From Bdellovibrio sp. (lineage in GTDB: Bacteria > UBA10199 > 2-02-FULL-44-16 > DYJF01), in contig DYJF01000003.1 of assembly GCA_020723205.1 (NCBI GenBank), positions 1-61,645 on the forward strand: a stretch of 61,645 nucleotides of DNA, written 5' to 3'. Positions 53,750 through 61,645 of the stretch are shown piece after piece. How positions within the stretch are numbered: the first letter of the stretch is position 1; the number at the start of each line of letters is the position of its first letter. The notes below the pieces were generated by a model that searched no databases, was not told where the DNA came from, and was given only the letters and a program-made list of their open reading frames with translations. The translations under genes were made by a program, and so were the position numbers.

Positions 53750-54356
53750 TTCGCTGATATTTCTGATAGTAGATAGTGCGGCCCATGTTGATCCATTTTT
53801 GGGCGAAGAGTGTGGGATATGCATCGTCGGATCGGTTCTTCACGACCTCTGGATAACATGTTTCGAGAAGCGGGATGCCGCAAACTTCATCTGCGACCGC
53901 CTCGGCATAAGGGGCGAAATCGGTCGTGATGTTCAACTTCCCGTAGAATTTCAGGACGTGACGGCAGTCTTCCAGAAAATCCCGCGACAGGACCCTGTTC
54001 TTTTCATGGCGGCGCTTGGGCCATGGATCGGGAAAATTGACGTAGATCGCGTCCACCGAGTTCTCCCTGAAAAAGCGGGGCAGGGCGCATCGCGCGTCGT
54101 CCTGAATGACGGTCACGTTCTTCAGTTTTCTGTTCTCTGTTCTCTCGATCAGTTTATCTACTCTCTTCCTCTTGATCTCGATCCCGACTATCGACTTATC
54201 CGGATTTGTTTCCGCCAGATGAAAAAGGAAATCCCCGCGTCCCGGACCGATCTCGACTATGACACTTTCCGTCAACCTCGTGTCGGCAGGGTACACGAAC
54301 GGGATCTTTTGCAATTCGTTCGTCGAGATTGATTTGTAGGGCAAAGCCGCCGCCAT
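53742..54356 (-). CDS. trmB: tRNA (guanine-N7)-methyltransferase
   Basis: 204 aa: [11 protein letters not shown]…GIEI…, [14 protein letters not shown]. This is the TrmB signature. Confidence 0.9.
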   Translation of the reverse strand: MAAALPYKSISTNELQKIPFVYPADTRLTESVIVEIGPGRGDFLFHLAETNPDKSIVGIEIKRKRVDKLIERTENRKLKNVTVIQDDARCALPRFFRENSVDAIYVNFPDPWPKRRHEKNRVLSRDFLEDCRHVLKFYGKLNITTDFAPYAEAVADEVCGIPLLETCYPEVVKNRSDDAYPTLFAQKWINMGRTIYYQKYQRTI

Positions 54357-54407
54357 GAAGCAAGAATAACTACAACAAAGGTCGCATTGTCAACTGTGTC
54401 AAAACGC

Positions 54408-54472
54408 GGAGGCGTAGGGGCTGTGGGGTCATGGGGCGTCTCGGAGGTGATTGCATCCATCCCTACGCCTCC
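54408..54472 (+). promoter_or_regulatory. 12-bp perfect inverted repeat in the leader of the first giant sigma gene
   Basis: GGAGGCGTAGGG (54408-54419) faces CCCTACGCCTCC (54461-54472), separated by 41 nt. Confidence 0.6.
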
Positions 54473-54530
54473 GATCTTCGCCCATAATTCCCTTGCCTGC
54501 AGGCCCCCGGCGGATATATGCCTTGCGGCG

Positions 54531-57134
54531 GTGAACCTTGCCCCCCAGATATCCTGTATGAGCGGTTTTGCGGCCGCCGGTAACATGGCGGCCTTCAATG
54601 CGGCGTGGTTCGCTGTGAGAACGAATGTGCTGGCGCCCATGGGCCTTGCCGCAGAGCAGCTTGGTGTTCCGCTTTCTCCGCCTGATAATTTCGCTTTGGC
54701 CGTCGATATGAGGAACAAAGTGATGGACGGTCTGCGTCCCCATCTCGACCGGCAGATCGTCCGCTTTGTCGACTCGCATCAGCCGCTGACCTCAGAAACG
54801 TTCGAAAGCGAGGGATTCGAGGGCCCCGTGGGGGCGGTCCTGTTGGCGGACAGGGTCTATGATCACGGTGTCGTTTCCTTCGATCCAGCGAAGATGTTCA
54901 TCGCCTCCGCGCTGATGCTCCTGGACAGAAGTCCAGTTGCGATCTCGCATGTTCCTCTCAAGTACGGTTCGCGCGGTCTTGAAGGTTACCGGTACACATA
55001 TCATCCGATGGAGGAGATGCGCATCCAGACGGAGATCGACAGATTGAGAGTGGATGAGGGGTCCTTGGACCTCGTAAGGATACCCCACATATCACGCGGC
55101 GCGCTGCTGAGGATCATCGAACAGCTCGCCAGGGCGCATGATCTCTTTCATCCGCGCCTTCTGAAGCTGAAGAATTTCGAGGCCGGTTTGCAGGGCTGGA
55201 ATGCTCATGTGTATGGACTGTACAAATTCTATTGGAATCTTCTCCTGCAAGAGGGGGCCTTGGGCCACATCGTCGATTTCATGCTCGACGACCTGAGCGT
55301 TGAGAGACCGGAGCAGCTATCTCTGGCCGAGCAAGCGAGAATTCTGGGGCTGACCCATGCAAAGATCAAGTGGGATCGGGTGAGCCCTCAACTTAAGGCC
55401 TATCTGCTTTTCAGGCTGGCGGAAGAGGCCGGTGTGGTGCATCCGAGATTTTTGACCGTCGACCATTTCAGAGACCATGAGATAGAGGAATTGGGTTCCA
55501 CTCTTACAGGTCTATACCGTAATCATAGCGTACGCATAAAGGAACCCGGGAGAGCGGTGGAAGCCGCTCTCGACGATGCGGGTGTTACGCCCCTTGAGAA
55601 CCTGCCGTGGGACGTGCAGCTCACCGGGCTCAGGCAGCGCGGTTTCATCAAATGGGACATAGTGCCGCTGTCGACGCAACGGCAGTTGCTGGAGACGGCG
55701 AGGGATTCGATGCCGGCCAAGAACGGTCTGAAGTGTCCGCATGTTCGCGTGCTCAACACGGCCTTGCTGAAGAATCTCGTCCTCGAGGGAATAGGCGTGA
55801 GTCTGGCGGGCCTGCTTGCTCATTACGAGGGTCAGATGCCCCCCGACTACGACGGGACGGTTCGTGATTTCATGCTGGACCGGCTTGGTGTCGAAAAGTT
55901 CGAAGAGCTTCCTTACGAACTGCAGTGTCGTTGCCTGCGATATGATATCCGGTCATGGGACAGGATGCCGCGGGCGTTGATCTTAAGATTCATGGAGAGG
56001 CTGCAAGAGATACACGGTCTGCCGCACGTTAGATTCGTTTCCAGCCAACAGATGCAAAGAACCATCATACCCGAGCTCGGCCAGCGCCTCGATGGTCTTT
56101 ATCATCGCTTTCGCGTCACAAAAAGGGAAGATGACACGAGGGAGATCGTCGACATAGTTCTGGATCACGTCGGCGCTCCCAAGTTCAAAGAAATGCCATT
56201 GGATCTCCAGCTTCAATGGACGCAGCGGCCCAACGTCAAGATAACGACTTGGCGGCGCGTACCTGAAGGAGTGATCCGTCATTATCTTCTTGAGACGATG
56301 AGGGGGGCCGGCGTCAGAACGCCTGATGATATATTCGAACGGCATTTTCATATGAGGGCCGGCGGCAAAGATACGAAGCTCGTAGGTCTGTACAATTATC
56401 TCAGGAGCGTGCGGTCGGCCCTTGGCGTGGATCAGAGGACGGTCGACTGGGCGTTTCAGCGCTACGGCGTGATGCAGTTCAGTATGCAGGCGAAGCGGAG
56501 CGCCGGGGCGCGGCTCCTGGAACGGGATGAGAAGAGATTTCTCCTCCGCATCGCGAAGATGGGCGACAGAGCGGCGATGGATCATCTGGTCCACTTTTAT
56601 CGCCCCCTCATAGAGAGCATTGCCCGACGCGTCCTGGCCAGATGGCCCGCTTCGCGTCTGACGATCGACGAGCTCGTCCAAGCGGGGCGGATAGGGTTTG
56701 CAAAGATAGTGGAGCTCCACGATCCGGCGAGGGCAAGTCTTGAGACTCACGTGAAGAGCTCTCTTCCAAGGCGGCTCATGAACGCTATCCGGCTGGCCGG
56801 CGGATCGAAGGAGGTGTCATTGTTCGATCCGATGAGCGCCGATGAGGACGGACTTACTTATGAAAGCGTCATCGAAGACGTTGGAACGACGCGCGCTGAT
56901 AGCGATATCGGTGATGCGGAGCTGAGAGAATATGTCTACATGGCGATGGGATCTTCCGGTCTCAATGAGGATGAAAGATTCGTTCTGATACAGAGGGGGC
57001 TTGAGGGCCATACGTTGGAGGAGGTCGGACGGATGCTCGATCTAAGTAGAGAGAGGATCAGGCAGCTGGCCGAATCAGCTATGAGAAAGATCGCAAATGG
57101 ACCTTACGCTGCGGTCTTGAAAGAACTGCTATGA
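54531..57134 (+). CDS. Giant sigma-70-family protein S1: repeat-containing N-terminal region of about 640 aa + sigma region 2-like + region 4 (region 3 segment absent)
   Basis: C-terminus …GDRAAMDHLVHFYRPLIESIA…DELVQAGRIGF…LNEDERFVLIQRGLEGHTLEEVGRMLDLSRERIRQLAESAMRKI, with a canonical region 4.2 HTH. The GTG at 54531 aligns with the Met1 of paralog S2. The ATG at 54558 is an alternative start. Confidence 0.7.
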   Translation: MNLAPQISCMSGFAAAGNMAAFNAAWFAVRTNVLAPMGLAAEQLGVPLSPPDNFALAVDMRNKVMDGLRPHLDRQIVRFVDSHQPLTSETFESEGFEGPVGAVLLADRVYDHGVVSFDPAKMFIASALMLLDRSPVAISHVPLKYGSRGLEGYRYTYHPMEEMRIQTEIDRLRVDEGSLDLVRIPHISRGALLRIIEQLARAHDLFHPRLLKLKNFEAGLQGWNAHVYGLYKFYWNLLLQEGALGHIVDFMLDDLSVERPEQLSLAEQARILGLTHAKIKWDRVSPQLKAYLLFRLAEEAGVVHPRFLTVDHFRDHEIEELGSTLTGLYRNHSVRIKEPGRAVEAALDDAGVTPLENLPWDVQLTGLRQRGFIKWDIVPLSTQRQLLETARDSMPAKNGLKCPHVRVLNTALLKNLVLEGIGVSLAGLLAHYEGQMPPDYDGTVRDFMLDRLGVEKFEELPYELQCRCLRYDIRSWDRMPRALILRFMERLQEIHGLPHVRFVSSQQMQRTIIPELGQRLDGLYHRFRVTKREDDTREIVDIVLDHVGAPKFKEMPLDLQLQWTQRPNVKITTWRRVPEGVIRHYLLETMRGAGVRTPDDIFERHFHMRAGGKDTKLVGLYNYLRSVRSALGVDQRTVDWAFQRYGVMQFSMQAKRSAGARLLERDEKRFLLRIAKMGDRAAMDHLVHFYRPLIESIARRVLARWPASRLTIDELVQAGRIGFAKIVELHDPARASLETHVKSSLPRRLMNAIRLAGGSKEVSLFDPMSADEDGLTYESVIEDVGTTRADSDIGDAELREYVYMAMGSSGLNEDERFVLIQRGLEGHTLEEVGRMLDLSRERIRQLAESAMRKIANGPYAAVLKELL

Positions 57135-59899
57135 ATCTTGCCTCTCAGATATCCTGTATGAGCGGTTTTGCGGCCGCCGGTAACATGGCGGCCTTCAATG
57201 CGGCGTGGTCCGCCGTGAGCGTCAACGTCCTGCCGGCCATGGGCCTTGGCGTGGAGCAGCTCGGTGTTCCGCTTTCTCCTCCTGACAACTTTGCGCTAGC
57301 CGCCGATATGAGGAATAGGGTGATCGAAGGTGTGCGTCCGGCTCTCGACCAGCAACTTACGCGTTTCGTCGACACGCACCAGCCGCTCACTTCCGAAACG
57401 TTCGAAAGCGAAGGGTTCGAAGGTCCCGTGGGGGCGATCATGCTGGCGGACAAGGTCTATGATCACAATGTTGTTTCCTTCGATCCCGCAAAGATGTTCA
57501 TAGCATCTGCTCTGACGTTAGTGGAGAGAAGCCCTGTTGCCATCTCACATGTTCCCCTCAAATACGGCTCGCGCGGTCTTGAAAGTTACCGGTACACATA
57601 TCATCCGATGGAAGAGATGCGCATCCAGGCGGAGATCGACCGCTTGAGGGTCGAGGAGAAACCGTTAGGTTTCAGGAGGATCCCGCACCTCTCGCGAGGT
57701 GTGCTGATAAGGATCATCGAACAGATCGCAAAAGCGCACGGTTTGCCTCATTTGCGGCTGCTTGGTCGGGATAATTTCAGGACCAGGATGCCCGGCTGGA
57801 AGGCGCAGGTACAGGGATTATATAAGTTCTATCGTGATATCCTGCCCGAAGGAGAGAACGCGGGCCGTATAGTCGATTTCATGCTCGACAGTCTGGGGGT
57901 TCAGAGATTTGACGAGCTGTCCTTGTCGGATCAGGCAAGATATTTAAGATTACGATATTCAAGGATCAACTGGGACATCGTAGGCCACCAACTCAAAGAA
58001 TATCTCCTCTTTCGTCTTGCCGAGGAGGCGGGCGTCGTGCATCCGCGTTTTCTGACCAGCGATCATTTCAGGGAATTCGAGATAGAGGAGTTGGGCTCCA
58101 CACTGATCGGTCTATACGATAACTATAAGGCGCGCTTGAAGGAACATGGCAGAGTCGTGGAGGCCATCCTCAACGACGCGGGCGTTGCCTCTTTTGAGAG
58201 CTTGGCCTGGGACGTCCAGCTCAAGGGGCTGGGAGAGCGCGATAATGTCAAATGGGACGTCGTGCCGGCGTCGACGCAGCTCAAATTGCTGGAGATCGCT
58301 AAAGAGCGGATGCCTGTGAAGAACGGCTTGAAATGTCCGCATCTGCGCGTGCTTATCGCCGATCAGTTGAAAGTGCTCGTGATCGGGGAGATAGAAGTGA
58401 GTCTGGGTGGGCTGTATGAACGTTACAGACGCAAGCTGCCGGAAGATAACGAAGACACGATCCTTGATTTCATGCTGGATCGGCTGGGTGTGGAAAGATT
58501 AGAAGACCTTCCCTATGAGTTGCAGTGCCTTTGTTTAAGATACGATGAAAAGCGGCCGTGGAACAGGGTGCCTGCGTCCTTGATACTGAAATTCATTGAG
58601 AGGTTGAGGGAGATCAACGATCTGCCTCACGTGAGATTCGTTTCAGCTGAACAGATGCAGACGACGATCATACCGGAGATCGGCCAATCCCTGGGCGGTC
58701 TTTACCATCATTTTCTTTTGAGGAAGAGGGCGGACGATCACAGGGAGATCGTCGATATCATTCTTGACCATACCGGCGCTCCCGGATTCGAGGAGATGCC
58801 GCTCCGCCTTCAACTCCAATGGACGCAGCAGCAGTCCGGCAAGCTGGCAAGCTGGCGGCGTATGCCCGAAGGAGTGATCCGTTACTATCTCTTTGAGGTG
58901 ATGAGAGCGGCGGGAGTCAGAAGATGTGATGATCTGTTGCAGCGACATTTTCGCTTGAGAGTCGGTGGCAAGAAAACGGCATTAATGGGTCTGTACACAT
59001 ACCTTGGTAATTTACGGGCCGGCACGGGTGAAAATGCCAGGACGATCGACTGGGCGTTCTCGCGCTACGGCATGGACGTGCAATTCAGCGTGGAGGCCAA
59101 GCGCAGCGGCGGCGGGAAGATGCTGGACCAGAGAGAGAAGATGTTCCTGATGGAGATGGCGAAGATGGGCGACAGAACGGCCACGGATCACCTGATCTTT
59201 TTCTATCAGCCGCTCATTGCGAGCATCGTATACGGTTTCAGGTCGAGGGCAGGGGGATCGCGTTTAACGATGGATGAGCTGCTCCAGTTTGCACGCATAG
59301 AATTCTCTACGTTGCTAGGACTCTACGATCCGACTCTTGGCAGTTTTGAGACATACGTAAAAAGTTCACTTCCCTGGCGGGTCTTAACTGCGATCAAACG
59401 GTCCGGCAGAACGATACATCTTCCAGTGTATTATGTAGATTTTATGCGGCAGGTCGGCAGGGTGCGCCGGCAATTATTGGGGAGACTGGAGCGCGATCCT
59501 TCGGATGAGGAACTGGCCGGAGCCCTCGGCGTGACCGTCGATACACTAAAGGACAGGCAGTCGCGCTTCACGACAGAAGTCTCTCTATTCTCTCCACTGG
59601 GAGGAGATGATGACGAATTCACATATGAAAGCGTGATAGAGGATGTTAACGCGCTTCGTCCCGATAATGAGTATCTGGATACGGACATGCGAGAATTGAT
59701 TGAGCAGGCGATAAACGGCTCGGGGCTGAATGAGAAAGAAAAGATCGTCATGACGCAAAGGGGGTTTGGAGATCGTACGCTTGAGGAAGTCGGTCAGATG
59801 CTCGATCTAAGTAGAGAGAGGATCAGGCAGCTGGCCCAATCGGCCATGAGAAAGATCGCAGAAGGTCCCTATGCCGAGATCTTGAAAGAGATCCTCTGA
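57131..59899 (+). CDS. Giant sigma-70-family protein S2: repeat-containing N-terminal region of about 640 aa + sigma regions 2, 3 and 4
   Basis: Paralog of S1, roughly two-thirds identical by eye. C-terminus has region 2 (…DHLIFFYQPLIASI…), RTIHLPVYYVDFMRQVGRVRRQLLGRLERDPSDEELAGALGV (regions 2.4/3) and region 4 (TLEEVGQMLDLSRERIRQLAQSAMRKI). ATGA overlap with S1. Confidence 0.75.
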   Translation: MNLASQISCMSGFAAAGNMAAFNAAWSAVSVNVLPAMGLGVEQLGVPLSPPDNFALAADMRNRVIEGVRPALDQQLTRFVDTHQPLTSETFESEGFEGPVGAIMLADKVYDHNVVSFDPAKMFIASALTLVERSPVAISHVPLKYGSRGLESYRYTYHPMEEMRIQAEIDRLRVEEKPLGFRRIPHLSRGVLIRIIEQIAKAHGLPHLRLLGRDNFRTRMPGWKAQVQGLYKFYRDILPEGENAGRIVDFMLDSLGVQRFDELSLSDQARYLRLRYSRINWDIVGHQLKEYLLFRLAEEAGVVHPRFLTSDHFREFEIEELGSTLIGLYDNYKARLKEHGRVVEAILNDAGVASFESLAWDVQLKGLGERDNVKWDVVPASTQLKLLEIAKERMPVKNGLKCPHLRVLIADQLKVLVIGEIEVSLGGLYERYRRKLPEDNEDTILDFMLDRLGVERLEDLPYELQCLCLRYDEKRPWNRVPASLILKFIERLREINDLPHVRFVSAEQMQTTIIPEIGQSLGGLYHHFLLRKRADDHREIVDIILDHTGAPGFEEMPLRLQLQWTQQQSGKLASWRRMPEGVIRYYLFEVMRAAGVRRCDDLLQRHFRLRVGGKKTALMGLYTYLGNLRAGTGENARTIDWAFSRYGMDVQFSVEAKRSGGGKMLDQREKMFLMEMAKMGDRTATDHLIFFYQPLIASIVYGFRSRAGGSRLTMDELLQFARIEFSTLLGLYDPTLGSFETYVKSSLPWRVLTAIKRSGRTIHLPVYYVDFMRQVGRVRRQLLGRLERDPSDEELAGALGVTVDTLKDRQSRFTTEVSLFSPLGGDDDEFTYESVIEDVNALRPDNEYLDTDMRELIEQAINGSGLNEKEKIVMTQRGFGDRTLEEVGQMLDLSRERIRQLAQSAMRKIAEGPYAEILKEIL

Positions 59900-60681
59900 T
59901 CCCGCAGTTCGATGTACAGCAACGTTCCTCCCACGACCATCGGGGCTACGAATAGAAGATTGAAGAAGGGGACGACGAAGGCGGAGCCCAAGCCCACCAT
60001 GGCCCACTTGTTCTTGAGCCCGAACGCAATGCGCTCCCTGAAGGGCAGCACGCGGCGGCCCATCGGCAGATCGGCATAGGCGAAGCCCAAGTCCCACGAG
60101 CCGAAAAGAAGTGTCAACGCGACATAGAGTGGGGAGCCGACAACGGGGATGACGTTCAGGATGAATAGCACTACGGGTATGGCAAGGAGCATGGCCGCCT
60201 TGAGCGCCTCTATCCTGATCGTGCGGCAGAGGTCCCTTATGAACTTTTTCCATGCGAAGGGCGGGGGCTCGGTGCCGGCGACCAATGTCTCCACGCGTTC
60301 AGAGAGCGCATCGTTGAAGGGCGAGGCGATGATGAGGCCTGTGACATAGGAGATAATAAGAAGAATGATTAAGCTTAGGATCACGATTAAGATTTGGAAA
60401 ATCAGATTAAGAACCCAGAGGAGGGCGTCGGCGACGTGGAGATACCATGTCGTTGGATTCTCGATGTCGAGATGACCCAGATGTGTCGTGAGCCAGCCGT
60501 ATATGTCGGTGTAGTAATGCGCGAAGCCGGCGATCATTACGATGAGCAGGATAATATTGATAAGGGTGGGAAGGATCGCCCACTTCCAAAGGCGGGGATG
60601 CGAGGCCAAGAATGTGAAGCCCCTGAAGAGGCAGCCGACGCCGGAAGCAAGGTCCTTCGTCCTAGACATAGGCGTCTTCAT
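59869..60681 (-). CDS. CysZ/EI24-family membrane protein
   Basis: 270-aa polytopic protein with an N-terminus (FRGFTFLASHPRLWKWAILPTLINIILL…) typical of the CysZ/EI24 (DUF540) family. Its 3' end overlaps the S2 3' end by 31 nt (convergent). Confidence 0.6.
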   Translation of the reverse strand: MKTPMSRTKDLASGVGCLFRGFTFLASHPRLWKWAILPTLINIILLIVMIAGFAHYYTDIYGWLTTHLGHLDIENPTTWYLHVADALLWVLNLIFQILIVILSLIILLIISYVTGLIIASPFNDALSERVETLVAGTEPPPFAWKKFIRDLCRTIRIEALKAAMLLAIPVVLFILNVIPVVGSPLYVALTLLFGSWDLGFAYADLPMGRRVLPFRERIAFGLKNKWAMVGLGSAFVVPFFNLLFVAPMVVGGTLLYIELRDQRISFKISA

Positions 60682-60705
60682 AGAGTAAATTGGCTATAAA
60701 AGCAA

Positions 60706-61605
60706 ATGGCTAACGCATTGGACAACGCGGTTGACGGCTATATCACGCATCTCAAGGTCGAGCGCCATCTTTCGGCGAAGACCCTCGAGGCGTATTCTCA
60801 TGACCTGCGCCGTTTTTCCGGATTCGTTCAAGGACAGGGCGTGGCCTCGCCCGATAAGGTCGCCGAGCCGCATCTTCTGTCGTTTCTGGTCCTGCTCCAT
60901 CGCGAGAAGATAGGGAGCAGAAGCGTGGCGCGATATCTCTCGGCGCTCCGAGGTTTTTTTAAATATCTGATGAAGGAAAAGACGATCAAGAACAACCCCG
61001 CGGCGCGCATCGAATCTCCCGCGCGCTGGCAGAAGCTTCCCAAATATCTGACGGTCGGGGACGTGGACGCGCTTCTCGTCCAGCCGGACAAAAAGACGGA
61101 TCTGGGCCTTCGCGACCACGCGATGATACAGCTCATGTACGCGTCGGGGCTGCGCATCTCGGAGCTTTGCGAGGTGACACTTGAACGGCTCAATCTCCAG
61201 CAGGGGTTCGTCATCATCATGGGCAAGGGTTCGAAGGAGCGGCTGGTGCCGGTAGGCAAGGCGGCCCTCGACGCGCTGAACGAATATCTGGGCGTTTCAA
61301 GACCCCGCCTCATGAAAGGAAGGATAGGTGACCATCTTTTCGTATCGCACAGCGGGGAGCATCTCTCCCGACAGCGGTTCTGGGAGATCATCAAGGCCGG
61401 CGCCAGAAAGGCGGGCATCACTGTGAACGTGACGCCGCACATGCTTCGCCACTCCTTCGCCACGCACATGCTGGAAAGGGGCGCCGACCTCCGAAGCGTG
61501 CAGACCATGCTCGGTCATTCGGACATAGCCACCACACAGATCTACACGCACGTCACCACGAAGCACCTAAAGGACCTGTACAGGAAATTTCACCCGAGAT
61601 CATGA
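60706..61605 (+). CDS. xerD: Tyrosine recombinase, XerC/XerD family
   Basis: 299 aa. N-terminal SAM-like domain (YITHLKVERHLSAKTLEAYSHDL) and catalytic region (…GLRISEL…, HMLRHSFATHMLERGADLRSVQTMLGHSDIATTQIYTHV). Confidence 0.8.
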   Translation: MANALDNAVDGYITHLKVERHLSAKTLEAYSHDLRRFSGFVQGQGVASPDKVAEPHLLSFLVLLHREKIGSRSVARYLSALRGFFKYLMKEKTIKNNPAARIESPARWQKLPKYLTVGDVDALLVQPDKKTDLGLRDHAMIQLMYASGLRISELCEVTLERLNLQQGFVIIMGKGSKERLVPVGKAALDALNEYLGVSRPRLMKGRIGDHLFVSHSGEHLSRQRFWEIIKAGARKAGITVNVTPHMLRHSFATHMLERGADLRSVQTMLGHSDIATTQIYTHVTTKHLKDLYRKFHPRS

Positions 61606-61645
61606 AAAAGACGTGACACCGTAGACCTGAAACCCCCTGTTCACT

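Noticed and set aside
54387-54530. N-terminal extension of the first sigma ORF (ORF-track start 54387).
   Set aside because: The paralog S2 begins at the position equivalent to 54531. The extension contains a 12-bp perfect inverted repeat and has junk-like composition, so it is more likely a 5' leader.
60706-61605. Tyrosine recombinase as the integrase of a mobile element or genomic island.
   Set aside because: Its length, N-terminal SAM-like domain and C-terminal motifs fit chromosomal XerC/XerD. No adjacent att-like repeats, tRNA or phage genes are present.

Overview
GC-rich bacterial chromosomal segment. Most of it is housekeeping genes, in an order reminiscent of Proteobacteria and especially delta-type lineages: mrdA-rodA, trxA, tRNA-Val, thrS-infC-rpmI-rplT-pheS-pheT-ihfA-merR, tRNA-Pro, cysE, mnmA, mtaB, rnc-era, der, yfgM-like/bamB-like, guaB-guaA, dnaE, hflX, pgsA, lipB, dsbD, serC-serA, folE, trmB and xerD. 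No rRNA, CRISPR array, transposase or prophage is visible. Several lineage-specific blocks interrupt this backbone. (1) The best candidate for an undescribed system is a tandem pair of giant (about 870-920 aa) sigma-70-family paralogs at 54531-59899. Each has a C-terminal sigma module fused to an N-terminal region of about 640 aa made of tandem ~90-aa repeats. A conserved alternative-sigma-type promoter motif, GCAAC(T/C)T-N13-(C/G)CGA(A/T)AA, occurs four times with identical spacing. All four copies sit in front of orphan or unusual genes: a J-domain-PilZ fusion (13906), a three-gene cluster with a membrane-anchored degenerate ClpB-NBD1-like protein (36766-41314), an orphan 437-aa protein (50453) and a three-ORF orphan cluster (51935-53177). 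Two of the orphan proteins also share a C-terminal tail motif. I infer a sigma-plus-regulon unit, but this is not demonstrated. (2) Between guaA and dnaE lies a 2.8-kb repeat-structured island (26709-29533). It holds four 23S-IVS/Avd-family four-helix-bundle genes arranged as two head-to-head pairs. Each pair is built around a long palindrome that reaches into both coding regions, and the two pairs are inverted copies of each other. Other notable points are a probable ATC start for infC, identical hairpin elements bracketing thrS, domain-reduced ThrRS and PheT, a DacZ-type diadenylate cyclase, and a Cys-repeat OmpA protein next to a Pro-rich repeat protein sharing an RWE terminus. All calls come from reading the sequence and ORF translations by eye. 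No database search was run.
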